From contig OZ024740.1 of NCBI GenBank assembly GCA_964016885.1, forward strand, positions 372,496,001 through 372,560,000: a DNA stretch of 64,000 bases, in the 5' to 3' direction. This stretch comes from Eledone cirrhosa. Its lineage: Eukaryota. Shown in pieces: positions 14,290 to 27,134 of this stretch. Each line of letters starts with the position of its first letter. Positions within the stretch are counted from its first letter, which is position 1. The position numbers were made by a program, and so were the translations under genes. The notes beneath the pieces were generated by a model. That model did no database searches and was not told the DNA's origin. It saw only the letters and a list, made by a program, of their open reading frames with translations.

Positions 14290-15110
14290 GTCTTCTTCGA
14301 ATTATGAGTGTTGTATGGCCTTTTAAGTTCATTGTTTGTCTATGCTTTAAATAGCAGCAACGTCCAGCTGCTGATTTACACATCAAGCCACATTCAATGC
14401 AGATGGCAGGATTTTGTACACACCAGGATGGAAGTTTTGATCGAACTTTGTGTTAGATCTTAGATCATGAAGATGGACCATACGAGATTTATCAAATATA
14501 TTTTATACTTTCATGGCATACACTTCTCCATTTTTCTCGGCCAGCAGATAGGACATAAGGAGACTATCTAAGTTGGGATTTCATCAGAAATTACTCAACC
14601 TCACTGATGTTGGACCTCGTGAACAGGTAGGCATTGGAGACTCCGGCATTTTTCACTGAGGCAGAGGGAGCAATTCTTTGTTTCATTGATGTATGGTCTA
14701 GACCCTTCTTCTATACCCCATTTTATATTATGAAGGATTTTTTTATCTTATAACTGCCAGACCTGTTGCCAGGGCCAGGGTGGTTTTCATTTCAGGTTGT
14801 CTGAAGGAAGAGACATGCTGTAGTATCATTGTTTAAAACTGTACATACTAGCATACCATTTACTGTTCTCTGCATGGTTTGTGGTGGTAGGTGTAATTTC
14901 AGTCTCATATACAATGGACATAACATAAAAGCTCTGCTGCAAAGAGAAGTTACTACAAACAGGGATTTAAAAATTATTTTCAATCTGATAGAGGGCCCGC
15001 AGGAATAGCTTATCCTCACAGAGCGGCTGATGAGATTTGCATTGTAGCTATGTTGTGGAGGGCGGGGGTCTTATCTATCTGATCTAAGAACTTCCTTCTT
15101 ACATTTGTCG
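14290..15110 (-). mobile_element. Degraded RTE-like LINE 3' region
   Basis: Minus-strand translation gives 'VSNAYLFTRSNISEVE*FLMKSQLR*' and a C-terminal 'CIECGLMCKSAAG' zinc-knuckle-like motif typical of RTE ORF ends. Many stops; boundaries approximate. Confidence 0.5.
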
Positions 15111-15156
15111 TTACGCTAAGATAATGTTTCTACTATTTTTATTTCTATGTCGAGAA

Positions 15157-15188
<32 letters not shown>

Positions 15189-15189
15189 T

Positions 15190-15303
<114 letters not shown>

Positions 15304-15692
15304 TACATATTATACATATAATACATGTGTATATATATACACACATTGCATTTCTTTGTATACTGAGAAGCCTGTGAATATCGATGTTTTATAGTTGTAA
15401 GTCGTTTGTCATTATATCTCTTGCACCATCTACATTATTTCTTTATATTTGCTGACCTTGTGCCTAAAGTAGAAACAATTATTTCTTTATATTACTTTCA
15501 ACGTAGCTTAGTAGTTTTATGCCTACTTCTGTTTTCGTAAATACTATTACTTACTGTGTTATAGTTATTACATCTTGTACTTTTCTTACAGCTCTTTATC
15601 TAAATATTATTCAAAGCCAATACTAAACTGAAGATTATTATTATTATCATTGTTATTGTTATTCCTTGAATCTCAGTCATTGATGTTGGTTA

Positions 15693-15739
<47 letters not shown>

Positions 15740-15740
<1 letters not shown>

Positions 15741-16392
15741 ATTCCGTTCTGCATGCACCCGTCCAGTGTCCGAGCATTGCTGACTTGTGGGTTTATGTCG
15801 AACACCTGCTGTCGCGTGTAGAACGGATCCGACTATCAGCTGAGTCCATCGTGAGGATTGCCTCGCCCTCTCCCTTTAGCCGGGAAGGGCAGGCAGTTTT
15901 TATCTGTCTGGTGGCGAAAGAGATAGTATGGTGGACACGTCTGAAAGGGCTGAAGACGAGGACTTACCTCTTCGGTGATGCCTTGTTTAACTTTTTCCAA
16001 TTTCATTTGAAAAGGAAAATCAGGGTAGAGAGGGAGGTGCTCTCTTCCCAGCTTTTTGTTTAAAGATGGGTGAGAGAGGCAAGAATGGCCCGAGTGAGTG
16101 GACCTACTCTGTGTATAAGCCTGTAAATTGAAGGTGGAAAACTGGGAGAGGACAATTGCCCTGGTGGTTAGGGTCACCGTGGCTTTTTTAACGGGCTTTC
16201 TCCACGATGGCCCTCGGAAGTCTCCCCCCTATTGGGGAATTTGTCATTGTTCTATTATTACATCCTCTGTTTTTTTTTTTTACACGCAGAAATGCCCATT
16301 TGTACCGTCCTGTATTGTCCTGTACTGTCCTTAATGTCTACCTTATGTAAACACTTGTGGTTAATAAAGAAAGTATTATTATTATTATTATT
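15740..16392 (+). mobile_element. 5'-truncated L1/Tx1-like LINE 3' end (ORF2 C-terminus, 3' UTR, AATAAA, (TTA)n tail)
   Basis: ORF 15785-16063 'WVYVEHLL…VFICLVAKEIVWWTR…FHLKRKIRVER…F' resembles the L1/Tx1 post-RT domain. AATAAA near 16363. (TTA)n on both flanks. Confidence 0.7.
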
Positions 16393-16394
16393 AG

Positions 16395-16582
16395 GGCGGT
16401 GGATTGGCAGTATCGGTAGAGGGTCAGACACCATGCTTTCCAGCATAGTTACGTCCCTTTACGATCTGAGTTCAAATCCCGCCGAGGTTGACTTTGCCTT
16501 TCATCCTTACGAGGTCGATAAAATAAAGTACCAGTAATGCACTGGGATAATTGATGGCCTTGTGCCAAAAGTAGAAACAATT
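16395..16582 (+). mobile_element. tRNA-derived SINE copy, full length
   Basis: ggcggtggattggcagtatcggtagag (A-box-like) … gagttcaaatcccgccgagg (B-box-like) … gtagaaacaatt tail. Confidence 0.9.
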
Positions 16583-18451
16583 ATTATTATTATTATTAAT
16601 ATTTATTTATTTATTTATTTATTTATTTATTATTTGTTTGTTTTGTAGATAATTCTGCTGCAGCTATTAGTTACGATGGTGATCATAGCTTAATTTTCCT
16701 TTATATTGATGATATTTGATTAGACTTACCATTTTTGTCAACGATAATCTCTTCTAAGCTCGCGTTCTTTTTTCTAGATACCCTACTTTATGTCTCAAGA
16801 ATATATTAATAACAATTATATCAGAACAATATAAATTAACTAGTAATATTTATGTTTTCTCATTCACATGATTTTCTACGCTCACTTCGCAGGATGCGCA
16901 CATTTTTCTTAAACCTTTCGAATGTATAAATTTATTTGGCAATATATTATGTATTATATCCAGCGTACACGTTTCCTAATCAAATTTAACGATTAACAAC
17001 TTTAAACATTGTATGAAATTCATCCTGCTTTCTAGAGATCAATGGAATAATTTGTTGTGTTTCTGACAGGTGGTTACTGTCTATATATTGTTCCACATAA
17101 TCAATCTCGTGGACGTAAACTATATAAAGGAGCTGAGGATCAACTGCTTTAAATATTTCCATTTCCATTCAAAGCTGATATTTAACTTGAATTTAGAATT
17201 TTAAGAGATGGTTGCCAAACATTATTCTCTACCTATTCTGTAAATTTATGGTGCGGTGTAAGACGATAAACAGAAATGCATTACATGATATATTTCAACA
17301 GACTATATCTTACTGTTATCTACGTGATATATTGCACGTCACAAATTCTTCATTTATTAGCCAATTACATTGATAAATAATATACCAGAAAACTTGTCCG
17401 TCAGAATTATGGCACGTGTATATTATTCTATCACGCAATTACGTGAACCAACCAACAGGCTGAGTCCATGCTGGGGAATGTGTTTGTTTACTTATGTATA
17501 TAGTGCTGTGGTTGTAACTCTTTAAAGTGTACACATACAAATTGTATAGACATACACACATACAAACAATTCATTTCCTTTCTCAATCATCATGCTACAA
17601 TAAAACTTACGTCTACCAACCACACAATCTTTGGTCTACCTTCACATTTGTCATTTAAATCGTTATTTCACCATTGCTATTCATACATTTCATCTATATA
17701 CGATTTGTAGATACAATCTGAACACATGCAAATTTATCTTAGAAATATATTATTGAAAAATCATCCTTATCTATAATAACTTCTTTTGTTAGTAATCAAC
17801 TTAACTTATGGCGGTTTTTTCGGGGAACTATTAATTTATCAATAACCGAATCTGCCATTTTTTATGAATGTACATATACCAGTTAAAACTTGGATATATG
17901 GCATAATAATTCTCAACGTCAAAAATTAAAATCGTTATGATTGTCAATATTGACGGTACGGAGCTGTTTGTCTCGTTTTAATAAAGTTGAGTTATATGGA
18001 CTTTGATAATCCTCCTGTATGCAAGAAGATTTAAAGAAAAATGTGTTGCAGCTGCAAAGCTTGGCTTTGTTACAATAATATTATTTGAGCAATACATGGC
18101 ATGGAATGAGATCCGCTCCAGACTTTTATGTATTTAGATACGTGTGCAGAAATAGGAGAGCAATTACAAAATAGAGGACGTTCCTAGCTAGGATATTGTG
18201 ATTTAATTTCTCCTTTGTCGTGCCGAATCAGATTATATACAAAATAAGCATCAGTTTTCGTGTTTACAATGATATCATGTTACAGTACCGACCAGTAGTG
18301 CTTCATATAAAGTGATAGCAAAATGTTAAACTGCGAATAATCTTGAAATCAGAATCTGTCTAATAATATTTATATTTAGACAAACAAAATTGCAGCTTGA
18401 TTTAAGTTTAGAAGTAATTCCTCGTTCTCAAAATAAAATAAATTAGATGTG

Positions 18452-18502
<51 letters not shown>

Positions 18503-19392
18503 AACAATGAATTTAAACTGCCTACAAAATATTACAATATCGTAACACAAAACGAACTGAATTACTTAGCCAACTTTGAAGTGAAGATCAGTAATTCTTA
18601 TGGATTGCCGAAAAACGATAAACTAAGAGAAATACAAAACAACATAAAAGGTAAACAGAGAAAATGCGTCGAAATACCAGCACATACATATTTAATGTTA
18701 CATTCAAGCATTGTCGGTGTAACATAACATCAAGCACACAACGTCTAAGCAACATATTAGATACGTTATTGAAACTATTATGTAAAAAGGTACTAAGCTT
18801 CGTCAGAGATGATATGAACGTCCTATAATATATCCAATAAAATGTAGTTATCCTTGATTTAACAAGTCTATACACAGATGTCACACAAAATAGGGACCCC
18901 TCTGTCAGACACATTACATGCATCAAACACTTTGTAATATGTTGAAACAAAACATTCGCGATTTCCCCTTCATTTATGAAATAGCTGTATAACGAACATT
19001 TCCAAAAAAAAAATGAAAAATTCATTAAAAATACAAATAGAAATTTAGCCCAAACAAAATGACACCTCATTTCCAGGAAATATGGATTTCAATGTCTCAT
19101 ACAAAAATCCAGACAACCAAGTAGAGGTTGTGGACCCTCACGAATTTTAAACATACCATCGTTGGAGAAGAGAACAGCCTACGATGGTACACTACTATTT
19201 TAATTGTTCCCCACCCCGAAATGTATATGTGGTCATATATGCTTGTATGTGTATTTATACGTTTGTGCTCTACATGTATGTGTTTATGTATAGGTATACG
19301 CATTTACGCGCATACATGTTCGATAAATTCAGTAAATACCACTACATGATTAGTAGTCTGAAATAATTCATATGGGAAAATATATCGTATAA

Positions 19393-19495
<103 letters not shown>

Positions 19496-19776
19496 TAATA
19501 AATGTGAAGACTAAAATCCAAAGAGGGCTTGATAAGGATAAATATATATCAAATATGTAAGTGTGTGTGTATATGGAACTAAAGCAATTATATGCATTAG
19601 TTGTGAATAAGTTAGACCTTATTAATTTTGAATCAAGTCATTTGCATTAAATAAATAAACGGTAGATCTTAGAAATCTACCTCAAAGAGAGATGAAATAG
19701 AGGGACAATATTTCATGTCAAAGTAAATAAATGAGTAATAAAGGTGTGATCAAAATATTATATATATATATATATA

Positions 19777-20193
19777 ATAAAATAACAGGAGGCTGGACTG
19801 GTGTAAATCCTTGAAAGGTTTATTATACTATGATCATTTTAATGATCGGGTTCAGTGTGAATCCGGTGACATCATCAGGTATTCAAAATATAACAAAGGA
19901 ATATAACAGATAACATCCATGGGGCTGAATTTCAGCCCCATTGATTTTATCTGTTATATTCCTTTGTTATATTTTGAATACCTGATGATGTCACCGGATC
20001 ATAGTATAATAAACCTTTCAAGGATTTACACCAGTCCAGCCTCCTGTTATTTTATGATAATTAACTCCATAATCGCACCACCAACTACACAAACAAATAT
20101 GGGTGAGTTGAATTACGCTGAGCGCTCTCCATAATATTACATCGAGATTGACCATACGGAATGAACAGGTCTATCCAGTGGTAAACCAACAAA

Positions 20194-20197
<4 letters not shown>
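19777..20197. mobile_element. Fold-back PLE pseudo-LTR insertion (family B): palindrome 19777-20055 plus ~140-bp tail
   Basis: Arms centred on 19930. The right arm lacks 28 bp. 19920-20197 is the reverse complement of 34693-34980. (TA)n on both flanks. Confidence 0.8.
19825..19882 (-). ncRNA. Type I hammerhead motif (family B), GAAA mutated to AAAA
   Basis: Minus strand: atac-CTGATGA-tgtcaccgg…ccgatcatt-AAAA-tgatca-TA-gtat. Confidence 0.6.
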
Positions 20198-20246
<49 letters not shown>

Positions 20247-22280
20247 GTGTGTGTGTGTGTGAATTGAAAATGCAAATCTTTTATTCCAAAAATTGTGATT
20301 AGAATGGCATTTGAAATTATAGAAGTTGAAATTCTGTCAGATACGGTAAACTTTTAAATTATATTTCCCTGTCAATTTAGAATTGAATTTATTTCATCGA
20401 TATTGATAAACAAAATATGTTGATATAGTATGGTGTGTACGTCAGGTTACTATAAATATTCATCCATATAATCATCTCTAGAAAATAATATATTTGTACA
20501 TGTGTAAAAATCATAATATAAACTATATTTTGATTTAACATAATATTTGTTGTTGTTTTTTTCCCTAAAAGTGATTGGCTTCAGAGAGTCTATTTAACAG
20601 ATATCCCGGTGCTTGAGGAAAGAAAGTTAGTTATTCATTTCATAAATCTTAACGAATAGTAAATATTAAACGAGTCTAGATATACATACAAGTTAACATT
20701 TATTTGGAGGCATGTTAATCATTTCGCGAATACTAAGAGACTTGAAAAAGTTGCCATACTTTGGTTAATGTAAATGTCTGAATGTCTCATTCAAAAAGAA
20801 GCATAGTCTCTCTACGTTTCGTAGGAAAAGTTTGCAATTGTACATCAATTGAACCATTATTCGATAGTTTCCAACATCAAATAATTAGGGTAGTCCACGT
20901 AGACAAGCATGTAAGGATGTCAGAATACAAAACACTCTCTGAACAGGTTAGTTCTGGCGTTAGAAGTTTTCAGAAAATAGGCAATTATTATTTTATTCCG
21001 CACATAACAAAACCTTATTTGGTTTGAGAATAAGGACTATTTTCAATGTCGCTGAGGTTGTTGTCAATTACGCTACCTAGTATACGCCTATCTCCTACTA
21101 AAACTACATTTTGATTAACAGAAAATCTATTCCTAAATTCTAACGGAGTCACACAGGTGTGATGAATGGTGCGATGCAATATATTGTCTCGGTGACAATA
21201 TATTGCATCTGTGAATATAATACATATTTTACTGGACTAGGAAGAAAGGATTTGAATTCAGAAAGCAAAGGGAACTATCTACATATCATAAAGTGGAAAG
21301 TCATTAGAATTTAGTAGACATTCGAAACAGTTGGATATATCGTTTGGACGCTTCAGATTCAATTCTATCTTCATCACGCAACAGATGAATGCGATAAAAC
21401 GTATAGCATATAGGCCTCAATAATAAAGCTCCCTGCATCACAATTATTATTTTGCAGTCTGCAAACAAATATGTTTTATATGCATATGCCTATAACGTAT
21501 CTTGTTTCGAATATATGATGGAGATTTATTGCTTTAGAATGCTAATTTTAACCAATGTACTCATATCGCACAAGGACATATATTACATTCACAACACATC
21601 GTATGTGACAATTGCGCGGTGATATGTACGAGCTTTTCATAAAGATTTACTGCTTTCTGAGCAGATGTACGCATTATATAAGCCACAGATTCTTCACTGG
21701 AACCTATTCAGTGGAGATATCCAATGTATATTAAACATAGTATCAATTAGGTTTTAGTCGTTTGTAAAATATTACTGTTATTCCCTTAATAACAGACATT
21801 TACAAACATTATCGATATTGATATTCTGCTAGCCATAAACTTCTAGACATATTAGGAAAGGCTAGTTTAGTTGATTCTATCTTTGGTTATAAAGAAAATC
21901 AGTGTTTTGAGTATATCTAAATTTTCTGTGAGCCAAACTGAAGCTAGAATCAACTCCAACAATTGTTCCGAATATATTAGTTTCAAACGATGAAACTCCG
22001 TATATATCTCTCTAAATATCATTTTGTCATCAGATGGATGTCATGGGGTAAGTATTTATAAATAGCTAGCTGACAATTCCCATCTTTGAAAGAATAAGTT
22101 TACTCCAGGTACCTAGGAATTCCTTTTCCGTCTGTTTACCAAAACAATATACTCACATAGGCATCCACATGCGTACAGACACATATACACACATACACAT
22201 ACATGAACATACACACACACACTCACACGCACACACATACACACACCCTCACGCACACATACATACATATATATATATAT

Positions 22281-22342
<62 letters not shown>

Positions 22343-22344
<2 letters not shown>

Positions 22345-22440
22345 CGAAGCAATTGTGGTAAGGAGCGAGATGGACCATAACGCACCAGAAATAGCCGTCG
22401 AAACGGCTTGAGCTCTGCCTTCGGGGTCATACATTTTCCT
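22343..22440. mobile_element. Short family D insertion: inverted tail fused to direct pLTR end
   Basis: The left part is the reverse complement of the tail at 30610-30657. The right part matches 30525-30576. Embedded in (TA)n. Confidence 0.7.
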
Positions 22441-22456
22441 ATATATATATATATAT

Positions 22457-22773
22457 ATAAATACCCCCTCCGCCTCCGTGGTATTTTCTTCGAGGTTATA
22501 GGAGGCTTAGCTCTGTTTCTCGACCGTTGTATCGCGTGACTATCTCCCCCTCCGCCTTTTGGGATTCTTTCTCACGTCGTGTAGACGCGTTCTTGAGACT
22601 AGTAAAATGAGGTATCCTCTTGATAAGTCGGCAGACCTCGCAATGACTCTATATCTTTATGATGTATTGTTTTTGTTTATGCCACGAAACTACGTAGTCG
22701 AGGAATCTAGGAGCAGTTTAGGTATGATACATTTTATTACTAATTATATCTAAATGTTTCTTCTCTCTTCATA

Positions 22774-22777
<4 letters not shown>
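22457..22777 (+). mobile_element. PLE pseudo-LTR-like element (family C)
   Basis: Nearly identical to the reverse complement of 51181-51502. Flanked by (TA)n. Contains a hammerhead motif. Confidence 0.8.
22615..22704 (+). ncRNA. Type I hammerhead ribozyme, U3-A8 core variant (family C)
   Basis: tcctc-TTGATAA-gt(c)ggca…tgccac-GAAA-ctacgtag-TC-gagga. 5-bp helix I, palindromic helix III, GUC cleavage triplet. Confidence 0.75.
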
Positions 22778-22817
<40 letters not shown>

Positions 22818-22894
22818 TGTACTCCCTTCATTCGCAGTCTTTCACTCTTCGAGAGTGGTCTAGGAGCATAACCCGCGGGAATACAGCGGGACAA

Positions 22895-22929
<35 letters not shown>

Positions 22930-22967
22930 TAAAAAGAAAAGAAAATGCTGACAATTTTATATATATA

Positions 22968-23046
<79 letters not shown>

Positions 23047-23155
23047 TAAAAGGAAAAGAAAATGCTAACAATTTTTTCCCAGTGAAATATAGTTTAATTA
23101 GGAATAACTATAAATTAGTAATAAGTTTTGGTTAGTATTCAGTTTTAGTTTTAAG

Positions 23156-23192
23156 TGTTTACCGGTTGCGCAATTCTATTGCTTTTCAAAAA
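23156..23192 (-). ncRNA. Minimal hammerhead-like motif, U3-A8 core, GAAA mutated to GCAA
   Basis: Minus strand: ttt-TTGAAAA-gcaat(aga)attgc-GCAA-ccgg-TA-aacac, inside a (TA)n-flanked island at 23043-23230. Confidence 0.5.
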
Positions 23193-23224
23193 TAATTTTG
23201 AGATAGAGCGCGCGTGATGTTTGC

Positions 23225-23281
<57 letters not shown>

Positions 23282-23599
23282 TATGCACATGTATACATAT
23301 GTCCGTAGATATATTAATTCTTTATAGTTATCTCCAAATTATTTGTTGAGCAAAATTTGCCGAAATTACTACTGTGACTGATAGTAGTGGCTAGGCTCTG
23401 TCTTAATAGCACCCCCACTCCAAGCTGGTTAACCTCAGTGTCACGTGATTGATTCTTTTGAATTTGCCACTTGACCAAGAAGGCAGTGAATTTTTCAATG
23501 GCTTGGAATCTAGTCCCGCTCGCTTTTTTCCATCCACTGAATTATTTTCATATAAGTTTCCAGTGTCCCCGCATTGCCTGGAAGCTTAGCCGAGAATAG

Positions 23600-23678
23600 A
23601 CTCCCTGATGACGTAAGGCTTCGCTATAGTTATTACGTAACTATATTTATCCCCTTACATAAACTAATTAGCTGGAGT
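23600..23678 (+). ncRNA. Type I hammerhead motif, degenerate copy
   Basis: actcc-CTGATGA-cgtaagg…tatagtta/taactata…ccttaca-TAAA-ctaattag-CT-ggagt. A related 3' half with intact GAAA-ctaattgg-TT-ggagt lies at 29895-29913. Confidence 0.65.
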
Positions 23679-23725
23679 GAAATTTTAGTAAGTAAGTAAA
23701 TTTTCATAACTTTCTTATTTACGTC

Positions 23726-23903
<178 letters not shown>

Positions 23904-23906
23904 TAT

Positions 23907-24082
<176 letters not shown>

Positions 24083-24120
24083 TTACATATATATATATAT
24101 ATTTATATATGTATATATAC

Positions 24121-24166
<46 letters not shown>

Positions 24167-24216
24167 CATACCTCTTCCTCTCACATCACGTCATGTTACT
24201 GGTTTGAAACCATTAT

Positions 24217-24434
24217 AATCCTGCCGAGGTTGACTTTGCTTTTCATCCATACGGGGTCGATAAAATAAAGTACCAGTAATGCACTTGATAATTGCTGGCC
24301 TTGTGCCTAAAGTAGAAACAATTATATCTAGTAGGGCGGTGGATTGGCAGTATCGGTAGAGTGTCGGACACCATGCTTTGAAGCATAGAGCACTGGGTAA
24401 TTTGATGGCCTTGTGCCAAAAAGTAGAAACAATT
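24217..24434 (+). mobile_element. Two tandem partial copies of the tRNA-derived SINE
   Basis: 3' half at 24217-24324, followed by an internally deleted copy at 24334-24434. Confidence 0.8.
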
Positions 24435-24705
24435 ATATCTAGACCGTTGTAAGGTTGGACTTCATTAATGAAGCATGTTGATGCATGTAATGTCTACAAA
24501 GAATACATAAGCACTGTTAATGATAAGTTCAGCCGTATGTCCGATCGCTCTATAATGAGAGTGAACATACGAAACGCAATTATCATTACCCACGTGCCAC
24601 CACTCCCAAATTCCGAATTAACCTATATAGTGTCTACTCTAAGCTATAGTTTTTGCACGTTCTATCGATGACTTCGTTAACACCCCCTCCACACACACAC
24701 ACACG

Positions 24706-24755
<50 letters not shown>

Positions 24756-24901
24756 TTTTGAGTTTATGTTGGTTGTATACCAACACCTCAGTATGCAGGC
24801 TGGAGCACTCGACGAAGTGCGCTGTTTGGTTTGGTTACTCCGGAGTAGTGTAAAATAAAGTTAAATAAAAGTCAAATGATTAAAATTTAGCTTCGCTTAT
24901 T

Positions 24902-24956
24902 ACTGCTATATATATTTCAGTGACAGCCATCTTTGGCTGTGACCTCTTCAGGCAGT
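24902..24956 (-). ncRNA. Type I hammerhead ribozyme, intact consensus (mirror copy)
   Basis: Reverse complement of 25033-25087. Confidence 0.85.
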
Positions 24957-25032
24957 TTGAATTAGTATGGTATAGACAAGTACATATGTTGTTTAAACAA
25001 CATATGTACTTGTCTATACTATACTAATTCAA

Positions 25033-25087
25033 ACTGCCTGAAGAGGTCACAGCCAAAGATGGCTGTCACTGAAATATATATAGCAGT
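25033..25087 (+). ncRNA. Type I hammerhead ribozyme, intact consensus
   Basis: actgc-CTGAAGA-ggtcacagcc(aaagat)ggctgtcact-GAAA-tatata-TA-gcagt. Helices I and II pair and helix III is palindromic. Confidence 0.88.
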
Positions 25088-25131
25088 AATAAGCGAAGCT
25101 AAATTTTAATCATTTGACTTTTATTTAACTT

Positions 25132-25176
<45 letters not shown>

Positions 25177-26210
25177 CACACGGATATATGTCTATGCGTA
25201 TGAATTGTTTATATGCAAATGTTAAAAATGATTCATGAATATTCAGAAAAACGTTATTCGATCTGTTTATTTTATTGAGAATTTCCTAGAATGCTGGTGC
25301 ACTTATCTTTGGAATGGTTTCAGTTGTTATTCGTTTCCTAATATGGTTTCAACTGACTAGATTTCATTAAATCAGAAATGAGATTTGCGGCACGTTAATT
25401 TAATATCTCTTTTTACATTTATTTCGTTTCGTACATTTTATTACTTATTAGAATTATTTTTTATCATTGTTTACTGTTTCTAATTTTCATTTTGTTTCTT
25501 GGGTTTAAAGAAATCCATTTTATTCATTTTTTTAATTGTTTGAATCTCTTCAAAGATCTTTTATTTTGGCTTGTTATTATCAACGAAATATTTAAAGTTA
25601 TGATTTTCTTCCCAACCTCCCCTTTGTGTTTCGGCTTTTATTCTCAGTCGTCTTACTTTTATTGTCATAATTATGTTTCTCGTTTTAGGATGTTATATTA
25701 AGCCTGACCTAGCAATTTCTATACATTTGTAATAATGCCTTTTAACGTTTATTTCTTACGCACTAAATATACAATTTTCATAATATGAAACGTCGACAAC
25801 ACAAGAGAACCAAAAATAATCCACATTGCTACCAAATCTAACTACTCAATATTATTTAAAAATAATGAATATAGAAAAAATATCTAATATAAAAGAAAAT
25901 ACAAAATACGTAAATTCACGAGAATATTTGTTTAGAATATAAAAGAGAAGAATGAAATACGAAATGCGAAGAAAGAAAGTAAAAACATAATTCAATAAAT
26001 GAAAAGAATAAGACCAACATGAGATATGTATACCTTAGTAAAAGCTTGAGGCAAAATGTATTTGAAATGAAATAAAAAGCAACATTGTTTATTGAAGAAT
26101 TCTGAAATGCTCCAAGTAAGATGCAAACTACATCAATATGATACATCAATTGAATATATTTAATTGGGAATCACGGTTGAAATCCATTAAAATTCTTAAA
26201 ATATCTTAAT

Positions 26211-26366
26211 AATTGTTTCTACTTTTGGCACAAGGCCAGCTATTACCCCAGTGTATTACTGGTACTTTATTTTATCGACCCCATAAGGATGAAAGGCAAA
26301 GGTAACCTCGGCGGGATTTGAACTCAATGCGTTAAAGCATGGCGTCCGACCCTCTACCGATACTGC
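26211..26366 (-). mobile_element. tRNA-derived SINE copy
   Basis: Same family core as 2966-3154. Confidence 0.85.
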
Positions 26367-26595
26367 TATATATACTTAATAATGCTATTTGTTTGTTTAT
26401 TATATTACATCTTTTAGCTGTTCACTTCCCTAAACGTTTCTATATATTTTTATTTTAGCGATCCTCCTACGGTATCAGCGATGAACATTCATGCGTTCAA
26501 TCGAGCACCCATACAATTAACGTACTTCTCATGCAGAAGCAGCGTGAAATACTTCGAAAATGTGAATCTCTTGAAATACAAGTACAATGTCCCCG

Positions 26596-26740
26596 TCGGC
26601 TTTCTACAGTTTATGTCTATCCAGGTTTATTCACAGACTTCATTTGATCCGAGCTGATGGATTTGCCAGAAACACAAGGCAGGGGATCGAAACTTGAATC
26701 TGATGACAGAGAAGCGAAGTCTCTAATCATTAAGCCATGT
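26596..26740 (-). mobile_element. Old, diverged SINE of a second family
   Basis: ggctttctacagtttatgtcta…ggggatcgaaac…ctctaatcattaagccatg gives a tRNA-like head on the minus strand (catggcttaatgattagag…gtttcgatcccc). Confidence 0.5.
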
Positions 26741-27134
26741 TTTTAAAGAGGGAAGATTTTATCCTATCCCTGTTTCTGAACGAAAGAGTGTGAATAATCT
26801 ATATTGGTTTCATGGAAAATACTAAAGTGACAGGCTCTAACTTAGAGTATAGCAGATAGAATAGGCTTAGTTAGATTTGACCTGGCAGTTTGGTGGTTTG
26901 TTATCACGCAAATATACACTAAACAACAAAAGCCAAACTAAATACACCGAGTAAATGCTCAAATACACAAGGAACTATAACTTACGATCCGGTAAATATT
27001 AAGATCAGGATAAATATCCCATATCTCCCCGTGGAATCGTAGAGGCACCGTCAAACAGCGTATCTCGGGCACTTTTAAACCTGTTGGAGCCCAACCCCCT
27101 CCAGGTCTGAACACAGCCGAATTATTCTATAGAG

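Larger units (their letters stand above)
24735..25138. mobile_element. Fold-back PLE pseudo-LTR insertion (family E): 288-bp spacerless palindrome 24851-25138 plus left-side tail
   Basis: Symmetry axis between 24994 and 24995. I found one mismatch (G24969/T25020). (TA)n on both flanks. Confidence 0.85.

Noticed and set aside
16395-16480. tRNA gene suggested by A/B-box motifs
   Set aside because: These are SINE heads with no complete cloverleaf, followed by the shared SINE body.
22559-22753. 64-aa ORF repeated almost identically at 51206-51400
   Set aside because: TTG start and overlap with the family C ribozyme. The identity reflects recent repeat copying, not protein conservation.
22815-22898. 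Short island with cagt…actg termini in (TA)n, possible pogo/Tigger MITE
   Set aside because: Terminal repeats are too short and mismatched to call from a single copy.
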